A DNA stretch of 64,000 nt from Selaginella moellendorffii (lineage: Eukaryota > Plantae > Lycopodiophyta). Location: the NCBI RefSeq assembly GCF_000143415.4, contig NW_003314270.1:2883668-2947667 (forward strand), in the 5' to 3' direction. The notes beneath the pieces are model-generated. The model saw nothing but the letters and a program-made list of their open reading frames with translations. It searched no databases and had not been told where the DNA came from. This document shows positions 48,913 to 63,149 of this stretch, one piece after another. Every line of letters begins with the position of its first letter. The stretch's first letter is position 1. The position numbers were made by a program, and so were the translations under genes.

Positions 48913-51900
48913 GAAAAAAGTGTGCCTAGAATATGCTTTATTCCTTGCTTAACAGAAAATAATTTCTTGCCTGGAATATGCTTTATTCCGCGACCAAACA
49001 CATTTATCTGTTCAGTTGTTTTCGTCTTGTCATCTTTGTCAAACAAGAAGGAAAGTTGGGTTTGGACTTTTTAGAGTTTTTTTCTTTGTTATACTGCCGT
49101 CTCTCCGATGTTGATGCCCCAACCATATCCCTCTAGATCTCTGGTCGACCAAGAGACCGATGGATTCATCGCACATTTTATCAAACAAGTTTGGGGAGCA
49201 TAATAAAAACTAGATCTCCCCGACACGCTTGACAGCTCCACAAGCAAACTCTGGAGGGAGAGAGACTTTAAAAATCACACACAGTTGCTTTAGGCGTTGA
49301 TTTTGGATTCAGTCCACTGGATTCCGATGGATCCACGCCAACAGATGTTTGGAGGAAGAAAAAAGAAACATTTGAGCTTGGATTTGGATCGCGATGCTGA
49401 TACCGAGGGTCACGAGATTTCTGCACCGCAAAGTCCATGATATCACCCAGATCTTTGAACTTTTCTACGTGCCTGGCCGACCTAAACTTGCATCGACTTG
49501 TCTATTTTGCGGCACAATGTGGAAGAGAAACTGTTGCGCCCTCTCACGTTTGTCTCAAAGGAGGATCCATCCGAATCTCTGCTTGTTTCTTGCGTTTGTC
49601 CCAATGTTGGACCTCTGTCACCTTTTGCCAACTTCTAACAAATAAATACTCAAAATGCATCATGTTCTCAACCTCCATCCATACCATCTTTAAATCTTTC
49701 CTCTTTCATTCCTCATCCACACATATACAGAATTGTTCCTAATTATTATTGCGCTGGTAATAATACAACGGTGATTATTATTTCGCATTTGCCTGCAAGT
49801 ATTGACTGACCGGGATCGACCAATATCACAGGAAATTTGATGAGAAATATATATAAAAATAAGTAGAAAAGCTGCAAAGGTTCCTCCACACCAGAAGATC
49901 AGAATATTAGTCGACTCTGGGGTCACACACAGAACTTATTCTTTTTCATCTTCTTCTTCTTCTTCCTCATTTGCGCGCTAGCCAAGGAGCAGCGATGGAC
50001 TGACCTGACCCTTGAAATTGAGAGGTCCTTGCTTCTTCAGCAGAGGACACGACCACTGCATCTACAACACACACTACCTTGTCTTGTCATTCTGCTGAAA
50101 GATTTCAGGATATGTGGATTAAAAAACTATATGGAATTTATGCTCTTCTAGATAAGAATCACATTTACACGGCCCATTTATTCGACCGTCCACAAAATTC
50201 CTCCTCGAGGAAGAACAAGAGTTATATAACTATATCCGCTCCTGGAAAAGTAAGAAAATCACCCATTTTGAGAAATTTCTCTACCCAAGGATAAAGAAAA
50301 TCATTGATTTTATTCTCATTCCCGCGCGAAAAGAATGGAAAAATCATTCCGCGATTCCTTTCCACCGCTTTGGAGTAGCTTCCAAGTGTGAAAATCAATG
50401 ATTCTGCACGTCCGTACGCTGGGTGTTTGCATCAAGTTATCAACCTTTGCAAAACGGAGTCCCTTATTATAGTAAGAAAAAAGATTCCATGTTCGAAGAG
50501 TTTGTACCGCGGGGAGTACAAAGAAACAGGCCAAAGACGCCTATATCACCGATTTAAAAACAATGGTCCTCTTGCTTCTCCTTTCTCCCACCTCTGATTT
50601 ATTGGAGCATATATCGTCTCCCCACTTGGGATTGAAAGCTAGCAGGCGAGCAAATGCAAAGCGCAAGCACCACCATCTCCACCACCAAAAATCTCAAATC
50701 CCAAATCCCAAATCCAAGCTTGGCTTTTGTTGTTGCTCCACATCTCATCTGACGTACGGAACACGAGGTTTAAGGTCCCACTTGTGAGCACAAAGAGGCA
50801 AACCAACATAAACATTGTGGTCCTTTGCGCTGCTGGTTGCTGTCTGCAGTATTGTTGGGTGATAGTGGTCCTACGATCGATTGCAACCAAGGAAAAAGAA
50901 AGAACGAAAGGAAAACGCCCACACTCGTTTGTAGCATAGTTGATTGAGCGCCTGTCTGGCTCGGTTGAATGCCCCCTTTTGGGACAACGCTGTGTCAAAC
51001 GCATTCATGGGAAGTGGTCCACAGCTTTGCACCAATGTAAGTTATAATCCACACACACACGACTGTGCTAGGACAAACAAGGGAGCGAAGCTTAGGTAGC
51101 TTTCATCTTATATGACTCTTCTCACTCTTCTCAGTGTGTACACACTCACAGCTAGTTGCTACTAACACAGATCTTTCTCTCTCTTCTCTATCTCGCGAGT
51201 GCCGAGCGTTCTCTCGGCGGGACTTTCTCTTTTCTACTGGCTGGTTACATGTAGTTTTCTCAGAGTTTCTGGATGGTTCTCAATCGATCAAACCAATACA
51301 AATCTCCAGCGAATGTGTCGTGATCGCCATGGGAGAGGACAGATTTCTGGAAGATCTCTCCAAAGCTAGAGAAGCCCATAGCCAGCAAAGCTTGAGTTTG
51401 TACGGAAGGGGAGCCAACTCGGCGTCAGTGTGACGTGGGACGGGAAGCGCTACCGAATCAACGGCATCCATTGGCCCGCCATAGGCCCACCCGACAGTCC
51501 GTACTTGCACGCGCGACCTACGGCCGACAGCGCGCTGACGTGGCTGGCGGGTCGCATTCCGGTCGGCGGCTCACCGGCTAGCGCCGGTACCGTGTCGCCA
51601 TCCTCGACCAAGAAACAAACCCCCGCGTAGATTTTTCCCGTGGTTTAAACCATGGGTTGGTTTGTCACCAAATCAAATCACACACACAAACACAAAAGCA
51701 AAAATCTCGCCCAGTGCCGTCTCCATTGAGGTCTCCAACTCATGATTGCCGGGGGGCATAAAAAAATATCTCTTGCTATAATCTCCACGACACTCCTTTT
51801 TTGTGTTGAGCAACAAACAAGAACAAACAAGGACTGAGATGGAGATTGGGGATTTGCAAGATTTCTGCGAGGGAAACGAGGTGTGTGTGGGAGATATTTC

Positions 51901-54366
51901 CAGCGTTAGGCAATGTATTTACCATAGCTATAGCCACAGGCAGCTTTGCAGCTCTTGCTTGTGTTTGATCTCACTGGCGATTGTCGTTAGGTGTTCGATC
52001 GGAACAGTGAGCTTTTAAAGGAAAAAAGGGCCTTTCTCTCCTTTTTTTTTTTAAAAAAAAGAAACCAATTCACTGCACTTATTCGAGTGTGGGGTAGGGA
52101 CTTCCCCTGCTTTAAAATCCATGCGTCCCTAGTGGGATGCAAAACCCAATTGGCATCTTTTGTTCCTCCTGCTTGTAGGCATTTGCAGTTGTAGCGGCCG
52201 GGCCAAATTTATTAAGCAATCAGCCACTAACAACACCAAAGTAGCGCCAAAGCGGCCCTCCACCACCTTTTTGTTTTAGGGTTTAGGACAATGGACATGT
52301 TCAAGCAAGCCATCATCGAGCAACCGCGCACCACTTTGGCGGATAAAATATCTCTTCTCGAGAGCTTCCTCCGACACTACGGACCATCCACGGCACTCAC
52401 TCACTTGCCCATCATGCTCGGAACCTGTTGCTATACGCCTGGTTGGTAGAAAGACCCAAACATTTCCCACTACACGCAAGATGCCCTCACTGGGCATTTT
52501 GCCCAGCAACTCCAGATTATCTATTTCTTTGCGGCTGGAATGTCAATATCAACTTGGCCTGTTAAGATTTTGCGGCTCAAGTACATGGTGGGAGCACATG
52601 GCCCTTGTTTTGCCTTTTGAATTAGATGGCATGGCAAGCTTTTGTTTTGGCACAATGCACCACCCACCACCACTATATACTTCCACCTCCGTACGCCTCT
52701 AGCCAAAACATTCCCGTACTAAGGGGCTGCCAGGTGTCCAGCATTGCCGGCCAGGTGTCAGAAATCTACCAAATGCCTGAATGAATCCGACGGCGCAGCT
52801 TTCGCGTGCGCAACTTACCACGCGTGGTGAATCTTTTTTCCTGCCGGCCCGGCCCGTCAACTTCTTTGGTGTGTAACGTGCACACACTTTAAACTTTTAA
52901 CGGCGTGGTAAGTAAAGCTGTTACCTGTTTTTTTTTTCCACCGCGAGGGGGTAAAAGCAATAGCAGGACACGTGAGGCGCCAAGAATTTTTTGCTTTAAA
53001 CGGAGGGGATGGAAATTGGAATTTACAATTACGAGGCCGTAAAAACCAGTTCTTCATTCGTTGTTCCCAGGAGGAAGCAAACATGCTTGACAAGCCCAAG
53101 CCACGCCACACAGGATGGGCCGCGAAAGGGAATTCTAGGTTTTGCAGCGCGGATCGAAGCTCCGGAGCGGCGGCAAGGGCCCCGCCGGCTGATCGCAGCG
53201 GGGGAGCACGCATTGGTTCTTGTGTCACATCGCAGCATCGCGGCCAATCCCGGCATTGTGCTGGTAATCTCCGCGCCTAGCAGCTAGCGCGCCTAGATGC
53301 TAGCGCGCTCGCGGCGGCCTGGGAATCGATCACTCCCCTAGGCTAGGGTTTTCTCGTCCGAGACTGGATTCCTAGCGCGCTCTAGTGCGCGCGTTGGCTC
53401 TTTGTGGAGCTCCAGCGCGAGGGATTGGCACAGGGATTTCCCGACCGAGGACAAAAGGGGCTAAAGCTAAAGGGAAGAGAGGAGGAAGAACAAGAACAAG
53501 GCAGGGAGAGAGAAAAGAAAAGATATTAGGCCAACACACAACACTGTCACAGAGGAGGTATTGGCGATTTTCTTTTGGGGATCGATTTGTCTCGGCAGTG
53601 GGGGTGGGGTCGTGAGAATTGGAAAAGCTGGGACGAGGGGAATCTTTTTTTTTCGTGAGTGGAATGCTAATACACACAGGAGGAATGATCCTAGCCACAG
53701 CAACGTTGGGTCGTCTTTTACAAGTACAAGCCACTTTTGTTGGAGTGTTATAGAAGAGGCAGCCAGCCCAGACGCAAAAAAAATCCATCCTCGAGCTATA
53801 GCAGCGGCATTCTCTTCCAGCGACAGCGACCTCCTCCTCCTCCTCCTCCTCCTCATCCTCTTCTCGCAGGACGAAAAGCTTTTTCAAAGCTTCTTCTTCT
53901 TGGCTCCAAAGTTCCAAGCTTTGTGAGCTCCAAGTTCCAACTTGGGAGGAGGATTGGGCTTCAAGGAAGTTTGTCCCCGCTACATCTCCAGTCAACTTTT
54001 ACAGACAACTTCACAGATCTGACGGGGAAAGATGCCGCAAAGTTTGAGATTCTCGTGCTTCGCGGCGGCACTGTGTGGAACATAGTCGTGAGGGGGGGAT
54101 TTAAGTCGCCATCTCTCGCCAGTATGCAGGGGACTTTGGTGAATTGGAGGGGTCACGCATATATATATCAAGTGGAGAGGAGGAGAGAGGGCAGCGTAAA
54201 TAGCCGGCATTGCCCGTGAGCTCCTCCAACAACCGCTGCCTCGTCGGCACACACTCTTTTTCTTTCGCACCGAAAGAGATCCCGCTGCCTTGAATTTTTC
54301 TCCGGGAGTGGGAGCCCCGCTCTGTCACAAAGCACAAAGAGCGAGCAGCGGCCAGCAGCAGCAGCG

Positions 54367-56610
54367 ATGAAGTACATGAAACTTGGATCAAAGCCGGACA
54401 TTTTCCAAAGTCATGGCAGTGTCACGTAAGTCTTGCTCCGTTTTATCCTTCTTTTTTTTGCCTTTTTTTTGACGCTCAATCTCCTGGAAGAAACCAATCT
54501 CGTTCTTTTGTGTGAGCAGGATTGTTGTGTCAGACCTGACCAGCGATGTCTCGGTGGAAGTCAATGGAGCGAGGTTACTTCTCCATAAGGTATGCTCGGG
54601 CCGATTCTTCTCGTGGCTGCTAAAAGAATGGTTTTTTTCCGATCTTATGTTTTGTAGTTCCCTCTTCTATCAAAGAGCGGTCGCTTGCACAAGCTTGTGG
54701 CAGAGGCCCGTGACAGTTCGAGCGAGGAAATCCCGCTGCCGGATTTCCCTGGCGGAGCTGAAATCTTCGAGCTGTGTGCCAAGTTCTGCTACGGTATCAC
54801 AATTACACTCAATGCCTACAATGTGGTGGCAGTCCGATGTGCGGCCGAGTACCTCGACATGTCCGAAAGCATCGAAAAGGGGAACATGATATTCAAGCTT
54901 GAAGTTTTCCTCAACTCCAGCATCTTTCGCAGCTGGAAAGACTCCATCATCGCACTCAAGAGCACGAAAGGATTGCTGCCGTGGTCCGAGGACTTGAAGA
55001 TTGTCAGCAGATGCATCGACTCAATCTCCTCAAAGACGTCCGTGGATCCGTCCAAGGTGGATTGGTCTTACACCTACACGAGGATAACTCCAGCCGATCA
55101 AACGCCCGCATCCGGCTCGGCATGGAACTCATCGCACAGCCGGAGGCTCCAGCCGGTTCCGAAGGATTGGTGGGTCGAGGATGTGTGCGAGCTGGAGATC
55201 GACTTCTTCTGGAGAGTTATGCTGGCCATCAAGGCAAAGGGACGGATGTCACACGAGCTCATCGGAGAGGCTGTCCGGATTTATGCCTACCGCTGGTTGC
55301 CGGGGCTTTCCAAGGAGCAGAATCTCATCGAGAGCTCCAACAACTTAGGAGGCGGCGGCATTGCCAACACAAGCGATGACTTTGCGGAGACAACGGCAAA
55401 GCACAGGCTACTTTTGGAGACTATCGTCAGCCTGCTTCCACCCGAGAAGGCGTGCACGTCGTGCAGCTTTCTCCTCAAGCTTCTAAAGGCTGCGACTATG
55501 TATGGTGCTGCGAGTTCCGCGAAGAACGAGCTGGCCAGGAGAGTCGGGCTCCAACTCGAGGAGGCATCCGTCAGCGATCTGCTTATACCATCGGTCTCGT
55601 ATTCGAGCGGATCGCTGTACGATGTGGATCTCGTGCAGCGGATTGTGGAGAACTTTCTCATGCAAGACCAGAGCCCGCCGATGAGCCCGAGCCGGGCTCG
55701 GATAGCTCACGAGCGGAGGAGGACGAGATCAGCAGAGAACCTGGACTTTGCGGAAAGTAGGAGGTCAACATCGGCAACTCACAGCGCAAAGTTGCGAGTT
55801 GCGAAACTCTTGGACGGTTACTTAGCGGAGGTTGCCCGCGACGCAAACTTGCCGCTGTCAAAGTTTATGGCGCTCGCGGAGGCCATTCCGGATTTTGCTC
55901 GGCCCGTGCACGACGGGATCTACAGAGCCATCGACATCTATCTCAAGGTATGGTGGTATTTTTTTTTCTACATTTTCTAAGCTCGTTCTCATTTTCTAAG
56001 CAAAGCACTCTTGTTTATACTACAGGAGCATCCAAGCACCGGCAAAAGCGAGAAGAAAAAGCTGTGCAGAATGATGGACTGCAAGAAGCTATCGATGGAG
56101 GCTTGCATGCACGCGGCACAAAACGACCGCTTGCCACTCCGCGTGGTCGTCCAGGTGCTCTTCTTCGAGCAAGTCCGCGCGGCCGTGTCCGGGGGCCTCA
56201 TTCTCAACGACATCCCAAACAACATTAAGGCGCTGCTACCGGCACAGGACGACAGCATCGTGGAGGCGATGCAATCGTCGAGCACCACCGACGACAACTG
56301 GGACGCCGTCCACCACGACTTCAAGGCGCTCAAGGGAGATCTGGCCAACATGAAGCAGCGGATTGCCGAGGCCGAGAGGGAGCGGTCGCAGATCGAAGTG
56401 GACGTGATAAAGCAGGGGAGCAACAACAGCACCGCCAAGTCGTCGTCCAAGCGGCTCTTCTCGGGCTCCAGGAAGATGCTGACCAAGTTCTTTAGCACCA
56501 AGCTGGGCAACTCGGAGACCACGTCCAAGAGCTCGGACAGCTCGCGGAGCTCCGGTAGCCCCGTCTCGGGGACCGTTTCCAGCGGCAAAACGTCCGTGGC
56601 TCGCAGATAG
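54367..56610 (+). CDS. NPH3/RPT2-like (NRL) BTB/POZ-NPH3 protein; exons 54367-54425, 54520-54589, 54658-55947, 56026-56610
   Basis: [14 protein letters not shown]|[57 protein letters not shown] and a C-terminal coiled coil. Confidence 0.95.
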
Positions 56611-56680
56611 CATTATGCAATTTAAATTACAAAAACCAGAAATAAATTATGTTCTACTAGATATATGTAAAATTACAATC

Positions 56681-59600
56681 TATGGCGTGCTATTTGTAAA
56701 TCCCCCATATTGTACTTGTGCAGTAAAAATATCTCTTGAATATACCTTTGCCCAACTGAAATTTTCTCATGAATTTCTGGGATGGCCATTATGACCATCT
56801 GAATGGCCCCATCCCCTATATCCTATGTGTCATACATACATCCATCACATGCATTCAAGGCTTCTCTGTTATTGCTTCGGATGAGAAGACAATTGAATCT
56901 CCCAAATATCTAAATTGAAGTATTTATAGGTTAACCTCTTTTGAATAGATTATTTTGTGTTTGTAGTGTTATGTTTTGATAATGGGTAGAATTACCCTTT
57001 GTATTGTGTAGAAGAAGAATTAGCCTATTCAAAGATTAGTGGATTGTAGAAACTTTGGTAAGATTCATGTTTTGAATATATATTTACATAGTTAATTGTG
57101 TGTTTATGACTAAAGTTCATGATTTTCCTTTTGAACAACCAAAATAAAGAAGCTTTTGGAATGCTTATGAGGCTTAAATTTGGTTTAGGCACAGGTTTTA
57201 GAACTTCCAAAAGGCAAGCACTCATTTTTGCCCACATGCTACATACCATTAACAAGTTATAGTGATTGTAGATCAAGATAGGATAGTATGTCACCAAAGC
57301 CATTTCTCATAGTCCCTATAATTCCTCGTACAACAATAGAAACATAACAAGTGATATAAATAACGACAATGGGTACATCATAGTTGAAGAAGGGTACTAG
57401 ACAATTAAAGAAGACTTTAGAGATGATATCTCTAATCAAGATAATCCCCACAATCTAGTTTGATCTTCAACTATGCATTCTATAACTTCATCTTTGGCAA
57501 ACACAACTATTAATTCCAAGGTTAGGGAGCATGGTGATAAAAACTTGTAATGAGCATTTGTCAAATATTACAAATATTCTATAATTTTCATCTAGTTTAT
57601 TTCTAATAGTGGAAGATATATCTACTTTTATTTTCATTTAAGTTCTGGGGATAACACAGTTGAAAAGTGTCTAATAAGGACAAAATCATATGCTCTCAAA
57701 AGTTCTTAAACATTCCCATAGCACAAAGGGTTTTAAATAGTAAATTTAAACTTCTTTTTAAACCACTTCTTCATTGGGTACCTTTATAGAAAAGTAATAG
57801 AGTGAGTGCATGTTAACAAAGTTGGGTAGGAGGTTGAATCTATATTGGAGGTGTCACAATTAATATAAATTGGTGATCTTAAACGGAATTTTAGTGAGTC
57901 TACCACAAAATTGTGGAGTAGTGACAACCATTTGAAACTCATCTCTGCTATTGCATATAATCAGAGTTGATGAACAAGACAAAACAAACATTGTACTTAC
58001 CTTTAATTACCTCCTCAATCCATTACTTTTGGTTGTCACAAAAAATTTGGTCCAAAAACTAAGTAGTTGAGGAGTTTTTTTATGTTAATTACTATTTGCA
58101 CTTGGAACACCAAGTAAAATGCCACTTATATATGGTTGTTGCATAGCTTCTATGACCATGGAGTGGTAGAATTCAACTCATAGCTAATCCCCCACTGCAC
58201 TTGGGTCATCGAAAAAAACTTTCCAAACGATTATTGTCACATAAAACTCAATGACTTTCTTCATAGTCAATGCTAAAATTCACCAATCTTGCAAATATAA
58301 ATGCATTTAAATATGCAATAACATTTTTATTCTCCAACGTGTAATCCATAGCTTTGCATTGGTCATCTAGGTTTGTGCAAGCTGCTATTTTATGTAGTAT
58401 ATCTAATATATTCCATATCTCTAGTGTATAAAACTTCAAGTCTTGCTTGTAAACTTTTTCTCAATTGAGTCTATGATCATCTAGATTTAAACCTCTCTAG
58501 TGGCAATTGCAAGGTGGCAATTGTAAAACCTTTTAATACTTAAGAATTGTTCTCAAATACTAAAAATAAAAGCTATCTAGGCCTAAGGAAAGAAAAACAA
58601 CTTTAGTGAAGATGCAATCTAAAAACATATACAATACTTACTATGTTCTTCTTTCTTTAACGTAGGTTTCTTAGTTGTGCTGACTTCTATGGGTGCCAAT
58701 ATAAGCCCTCTCACCCTTTATAAATAATCCTTTGAACTAGAGAAAATAAATCATAAAAGAATTGTTAAAGATTGATACTATTAGAGTTTATATTTCAAGG
58801 AATCTGAAAAATGGCTTACTTGATTGCATTTTCATGTGGACCACCCCTATCAATTATAGTTGTCTCCCAGATCAAGGCTCCTTCAATTACCCTATTATAG
58901 ACCATATTGAAATTTGGTGTTCGAAGCCCTGGGTTAAATAAAGCTTGGAAACAGGTTAATTTATTGTTCAAACTATTTGCTATACAAAACCACTATATTA
59001 AATATTTGTAAGATTGACGTAAATTGTGTAAACAAACATACCATCACTCGAAAATCTATCAACTATCTTCGGGCTTCACAATATGATGAAGCATTGCCTT
59101 ATCAATGGATGTTCTAGAGTACTGGCAATACTTATTCAAAAAATGCCTTCAAATTGTCTACAAGATTCTTGTTGTGATGTAAAGTCCTAAAAGAAAGAAA
59201 AAACTTTATAAACTATAAATCAAATGTTTAGACATAACTTACCTTCTGTCATTAAATTAAACCACTACTTCTTGCAAGATCAAGATAGCCATATTTTGCA
59301 AACTCCCTTAAAGAAGCTCATATATGCTCCTATTACAAAATATTTTCTCTTACCCTATTTCAGTAATTGGAACTCTACTTAAGATAACTTCCAAATCTTG
59401 ATAATAACGCATCATATGAAAATTCAAGATATGCCAAAGAAACACCTATCCACCCAGCCATTTGAACTCTTCATGCTCTTCAATAACCTCTAAATGATCC
59501 TTATTTGTCATGTCCCGAACTCCAAAACAACCAAGGATCTTGTATTTGAGCCATTCAATTTGTGGCATATAGTCATTATTGCACTTGAGCATTGTTGTTG

Positions 59601-62600
59601 CCTTTAATATAGTTTCTATCTCTTTATGTTGGAGTAGCTTGAATTATATGTTATTATCATTTGCCAAGTGGGTTGCTTTATTATATACATTAACAACATC
59701 TATCTAACAGGTTTGCTTCCCAACAAGACTAAAAATATAAATAGAAAAAACTAATACTTACTAAAATACTATAAAGCTAAATTTTCAGACTTACTCAAAA
59801 ATAGTGTGATCATCCAATAACTTTATTAGAGGTAATGGGTTTTGGTTAGTTTCTAGATTGAAAGGTGGTGGTGGTGGGATTATGTGATTTTCTCACAATT
59901 AAGAAATTATCCTTCACAACTATGAGTCATTTTAAAAAGATATGTAAAAGAATTAGTGCCTCATGTAGTCTCAAAGTATATTATTTGCAATAATTCCAAT
60001 AGGTATTTCAAATGATAGTGATAGCTTATGGTCCTACCCAAGCAGTTTCTTTTCTTTATCAAATTCCACTTCCTCATCCTCTTCATTTTCACTTTTATTG
60101 TCCTTTAGTTGAAATACATTACCCTTCAAAGCCAAGGACTACTGTGCCACAAGTGGGGAATGGTGTGCCATATATAGGGGCTATTGTGTTGGTGTAATAG
60201 CAAATGGATCAATAAGTAAAAACTCATTATGTGCACTACCACAAGCATTTATTAAAAAGAAAGCTATATTACAAATCTAATAGTGGAGATTACCATCTTG
60301 AAAGACTTTGTCCTTTTTATTATGCAATCTTTTGATACACTAACTAGTGCCTCTAAACAAAATGTTTTTACATATTATAAATATATATGATAGTCGCACG
60401 ATGGGAATTCCCTTTGTTGCAAACTACAATTATGGTTGCTAAGCTCTTTCCAAATTTCTAAGCTTTTACAGATGGTTGAGTACTTGTAAACTATCTTGAT
60501 TTGCACATAAAAGCCCACACATTAATTAATAGTATATCTCTAAAAGTATATCCTTCAACTATTGTTTTGATGGCTACTTAAGTTGTGTTTAAGTAGAAAT
60601 TTGAACTAGTGTAGTGCTTTGGCAAATTGACTTACACTTCCACAAATTTTGTTATGTTGATCATTAGCTCCCTATACCAGTTAAAGTAATGCAGGTGTTA
60701 AGACATTAAAATGATAATGAACTTAGTGACCAGTATTGTTGTTAGAGCATATGAAACATTTACTATTAAGCTAGCAACATCAGCTAAAACTTTGAAGTGT
60801 CTTCTAGAATATTTACATCAAGAGGGCAAACTTTTCCAATTCACGCCATTATACACTATGTTGCATAGCTACTTTCCTATCAAATTACAAGTAATCTTGC
60901 TATGTTATAACCTCCCATATTTTTACTATATTTACATGGTATTTGGGAATGTAGAGCCTTTCTTTATTTGTTATAGCAGTGCAAACCTTTGCTAACAACA
61001 CTGAAAATGCCAAGGATGCAATTAACACTACAATATTGATGTATATTACAAGATCTAGGCTTTGCACTTTAACCATTACACACTCTATAAATAGATTTAA
61101 ATGAAGGAGATATTATTCATTTTGATTCAAGCCTTCTTTATGTATACAATGTTTGGTCTTTTACAAAATTGACATTTTATAAAAACAATGACTTAAAAAA
61201 AAATTTAAATTGAAGTAAACTAATATATCTCAAAGTTGTTCCATCAATACTAGAAATGAGTTCTCTTAGCAAATCTTCAATATCTTTTGTAAAGGAGGTT
61301 GGACTATTCTAGAAGAAAAAGAAAAAATTTAAGCAATGCTAGAATGCCTAACAAAACAAAGTCTTAATCTTACTTGAGTTTTTATTCCATCCATTAGAAT
61401 AAATTAATAAGGATATGGGATGCTCTAAAGTATTTATCACATCTAAAGGGACAAACCTTGTATAGATTCCATATTGCAACCCAATCAACAATATCTTTTT
61501 ACAAAATAAAGCGAAAATACACTTTACAAGCTTTATCTATGTGATGCATTACTTACATTAAGAATACCAATATCCTCAATATACTCAAAAAAATGCTTGT
61601 AAAACCACACCACTTGCTCGTACAATTCTCACCACAAATACTTAATGCATTTTAATAAAAAAACTCTTAGAAAGGTAAATTTCAAATAAACATAAACTAC
61701 CTATCTATGTTTTATATATAAAGTTTTTATATCTACTCCTTAACACTATCATATCAGCCTTCATCCATTATATTTTAGAGCATTACCACTCCTTATTCAT
61801 TTTGGCCTTAAAGTGACATACAGCCCATACATATGTGTTGAAAATAGTATAGACTTCTTTACTTATAAATATATTATAGGCCACAATAAAATGTGTTGCC
61901 CCACAAATCATGGCATAGATGTAAAACGTAAGTTACAAGTTTGTAATATGCTACAAAAACACAAAAATAATGGTTGGAAATGGAAAAAAAACACTTATAA
62001 TTCATATTGCATAGTGCATAAGGTGTTTTATTAGTATAAATTCGCGACAAATGCATACTTTACAACCTTCTTGGATTATATAAAGCTAAAGCCTCACAAA
62101 TTTAATGCCTACTAAAATGGTAATTAATTGCTCAGGGAGTTAATAATTCCCTAATCTGTCCACACAATTCATGGGAATATGGTTAAAAACTTCCTTTATT
62201 AATATCCTATGGTACACCCCCCTCCAATTTATATCCACCACTTGTATATATTCGTATAGTGTTAGCCACGTAATTCCCAAATAATTTGCAAGATAAGCCA
62301 TGGTTTTTGTTTCAAGAATCTTTAAGTGCATCCATACAAGAAATGCCTCTACAGTAGCAAATCCCCTCAATCTCAAAAAGTTATTGAAGCCCTACAAGAA
62401 GTTTTTTAATGAAGACTTTCCAATTTAAAAATTCATTTACTCATCCATTTTCATCTTCACTGAAGAAGTGTTGGAATTAAAGCCTAATAGCAACCCCACA
62501 CTTTGTTTGCAATAGATATATTTGCAACATTTGCATTTAAGTCCAATTTCATGAATATAAGTTATAGGCAAAACTTACTCCTTGTGGATATCTCTAATCA

Positions 62601-62885
62601 CCACCAAAAAACCAAATCAATTTCACTACCACAACAACCACACTATTAAAATTGAATGACATAACTCCAAAAATCCTTTCCTCCTCAACAACCCTAAGTC
62701 ATATTTACAATGACGATGAATGGGATGTTGTGCTATATATATGACCCACATGTATGACCCATCATTTTATAGTCATGTACCACATATATGCCCATTTCAT
62801 TGACATCTAAATTGGACCTCAACTATGCCACACATGGGTTTCCTGTGCAAGTACAATATAGGGGATTTACAAATAGCACACTATA
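56681..62885 (-). mobile_element. 6.2-kb TIR DNA element (47-bp TIRs, apparent 5-bp TSD CAATC) carrying a decayed multi-exon gene
   Basis: TATGGCGTGCTATTTGTAAATCCCCCATATTGTACTTG at 56681 matches the reverse complement ending at 62885 (6 mismatches in 47). CAATC lies at 56676-56680 and 62886-62890. Confidence 0.82.
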
Positions 62886-63149
62886 CAATCAAAGATGTAT
62901 ATTGTTTATGTTAATGTTTATTATTCAAGTTCATGAAGTTCACAAGTCAACTACAACTTAAACACCAAAGCATGCTCCACCCATTAAACCAAGCATGAAG
63001 ATTGCATGTAATAGTTGAGCAGGCTGAGGTGGCAATTAACTGGCATGAGTCTGTGGCGGTTGACCAACCTGAGATCAAGGATGATGGATAATGTGGAGCT
63101 ATATGTAAATGGAGTTATATGTAAAGTACTATAACAACATTTTGTTTTA

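Larger units (their letters stand above)
40945..50900 (+). repeat. Segmental duplication copy B
   Basis: Collinear with 20990-30180. Confidence 0.92.

Noticed and set aside
50941-50970. TGATTGAGC resembling the 5' end of miR171
   Set aside because: Only about 9 nt match and there is no precursor-length hairpin.
52273-52287. TTTAGGGTTTAGG as interstitial telomere
   Set aside because: Only about two units; consistent with an ordinary telo-box.
51134-54270. Many 60-207 aa ORFs upstream of the NRL gene
   Set aside because: No recognisable domains, mostly non-ATG starts, and microsatellite-derived poly-E/P; better explained as promoter and 5' UTR.
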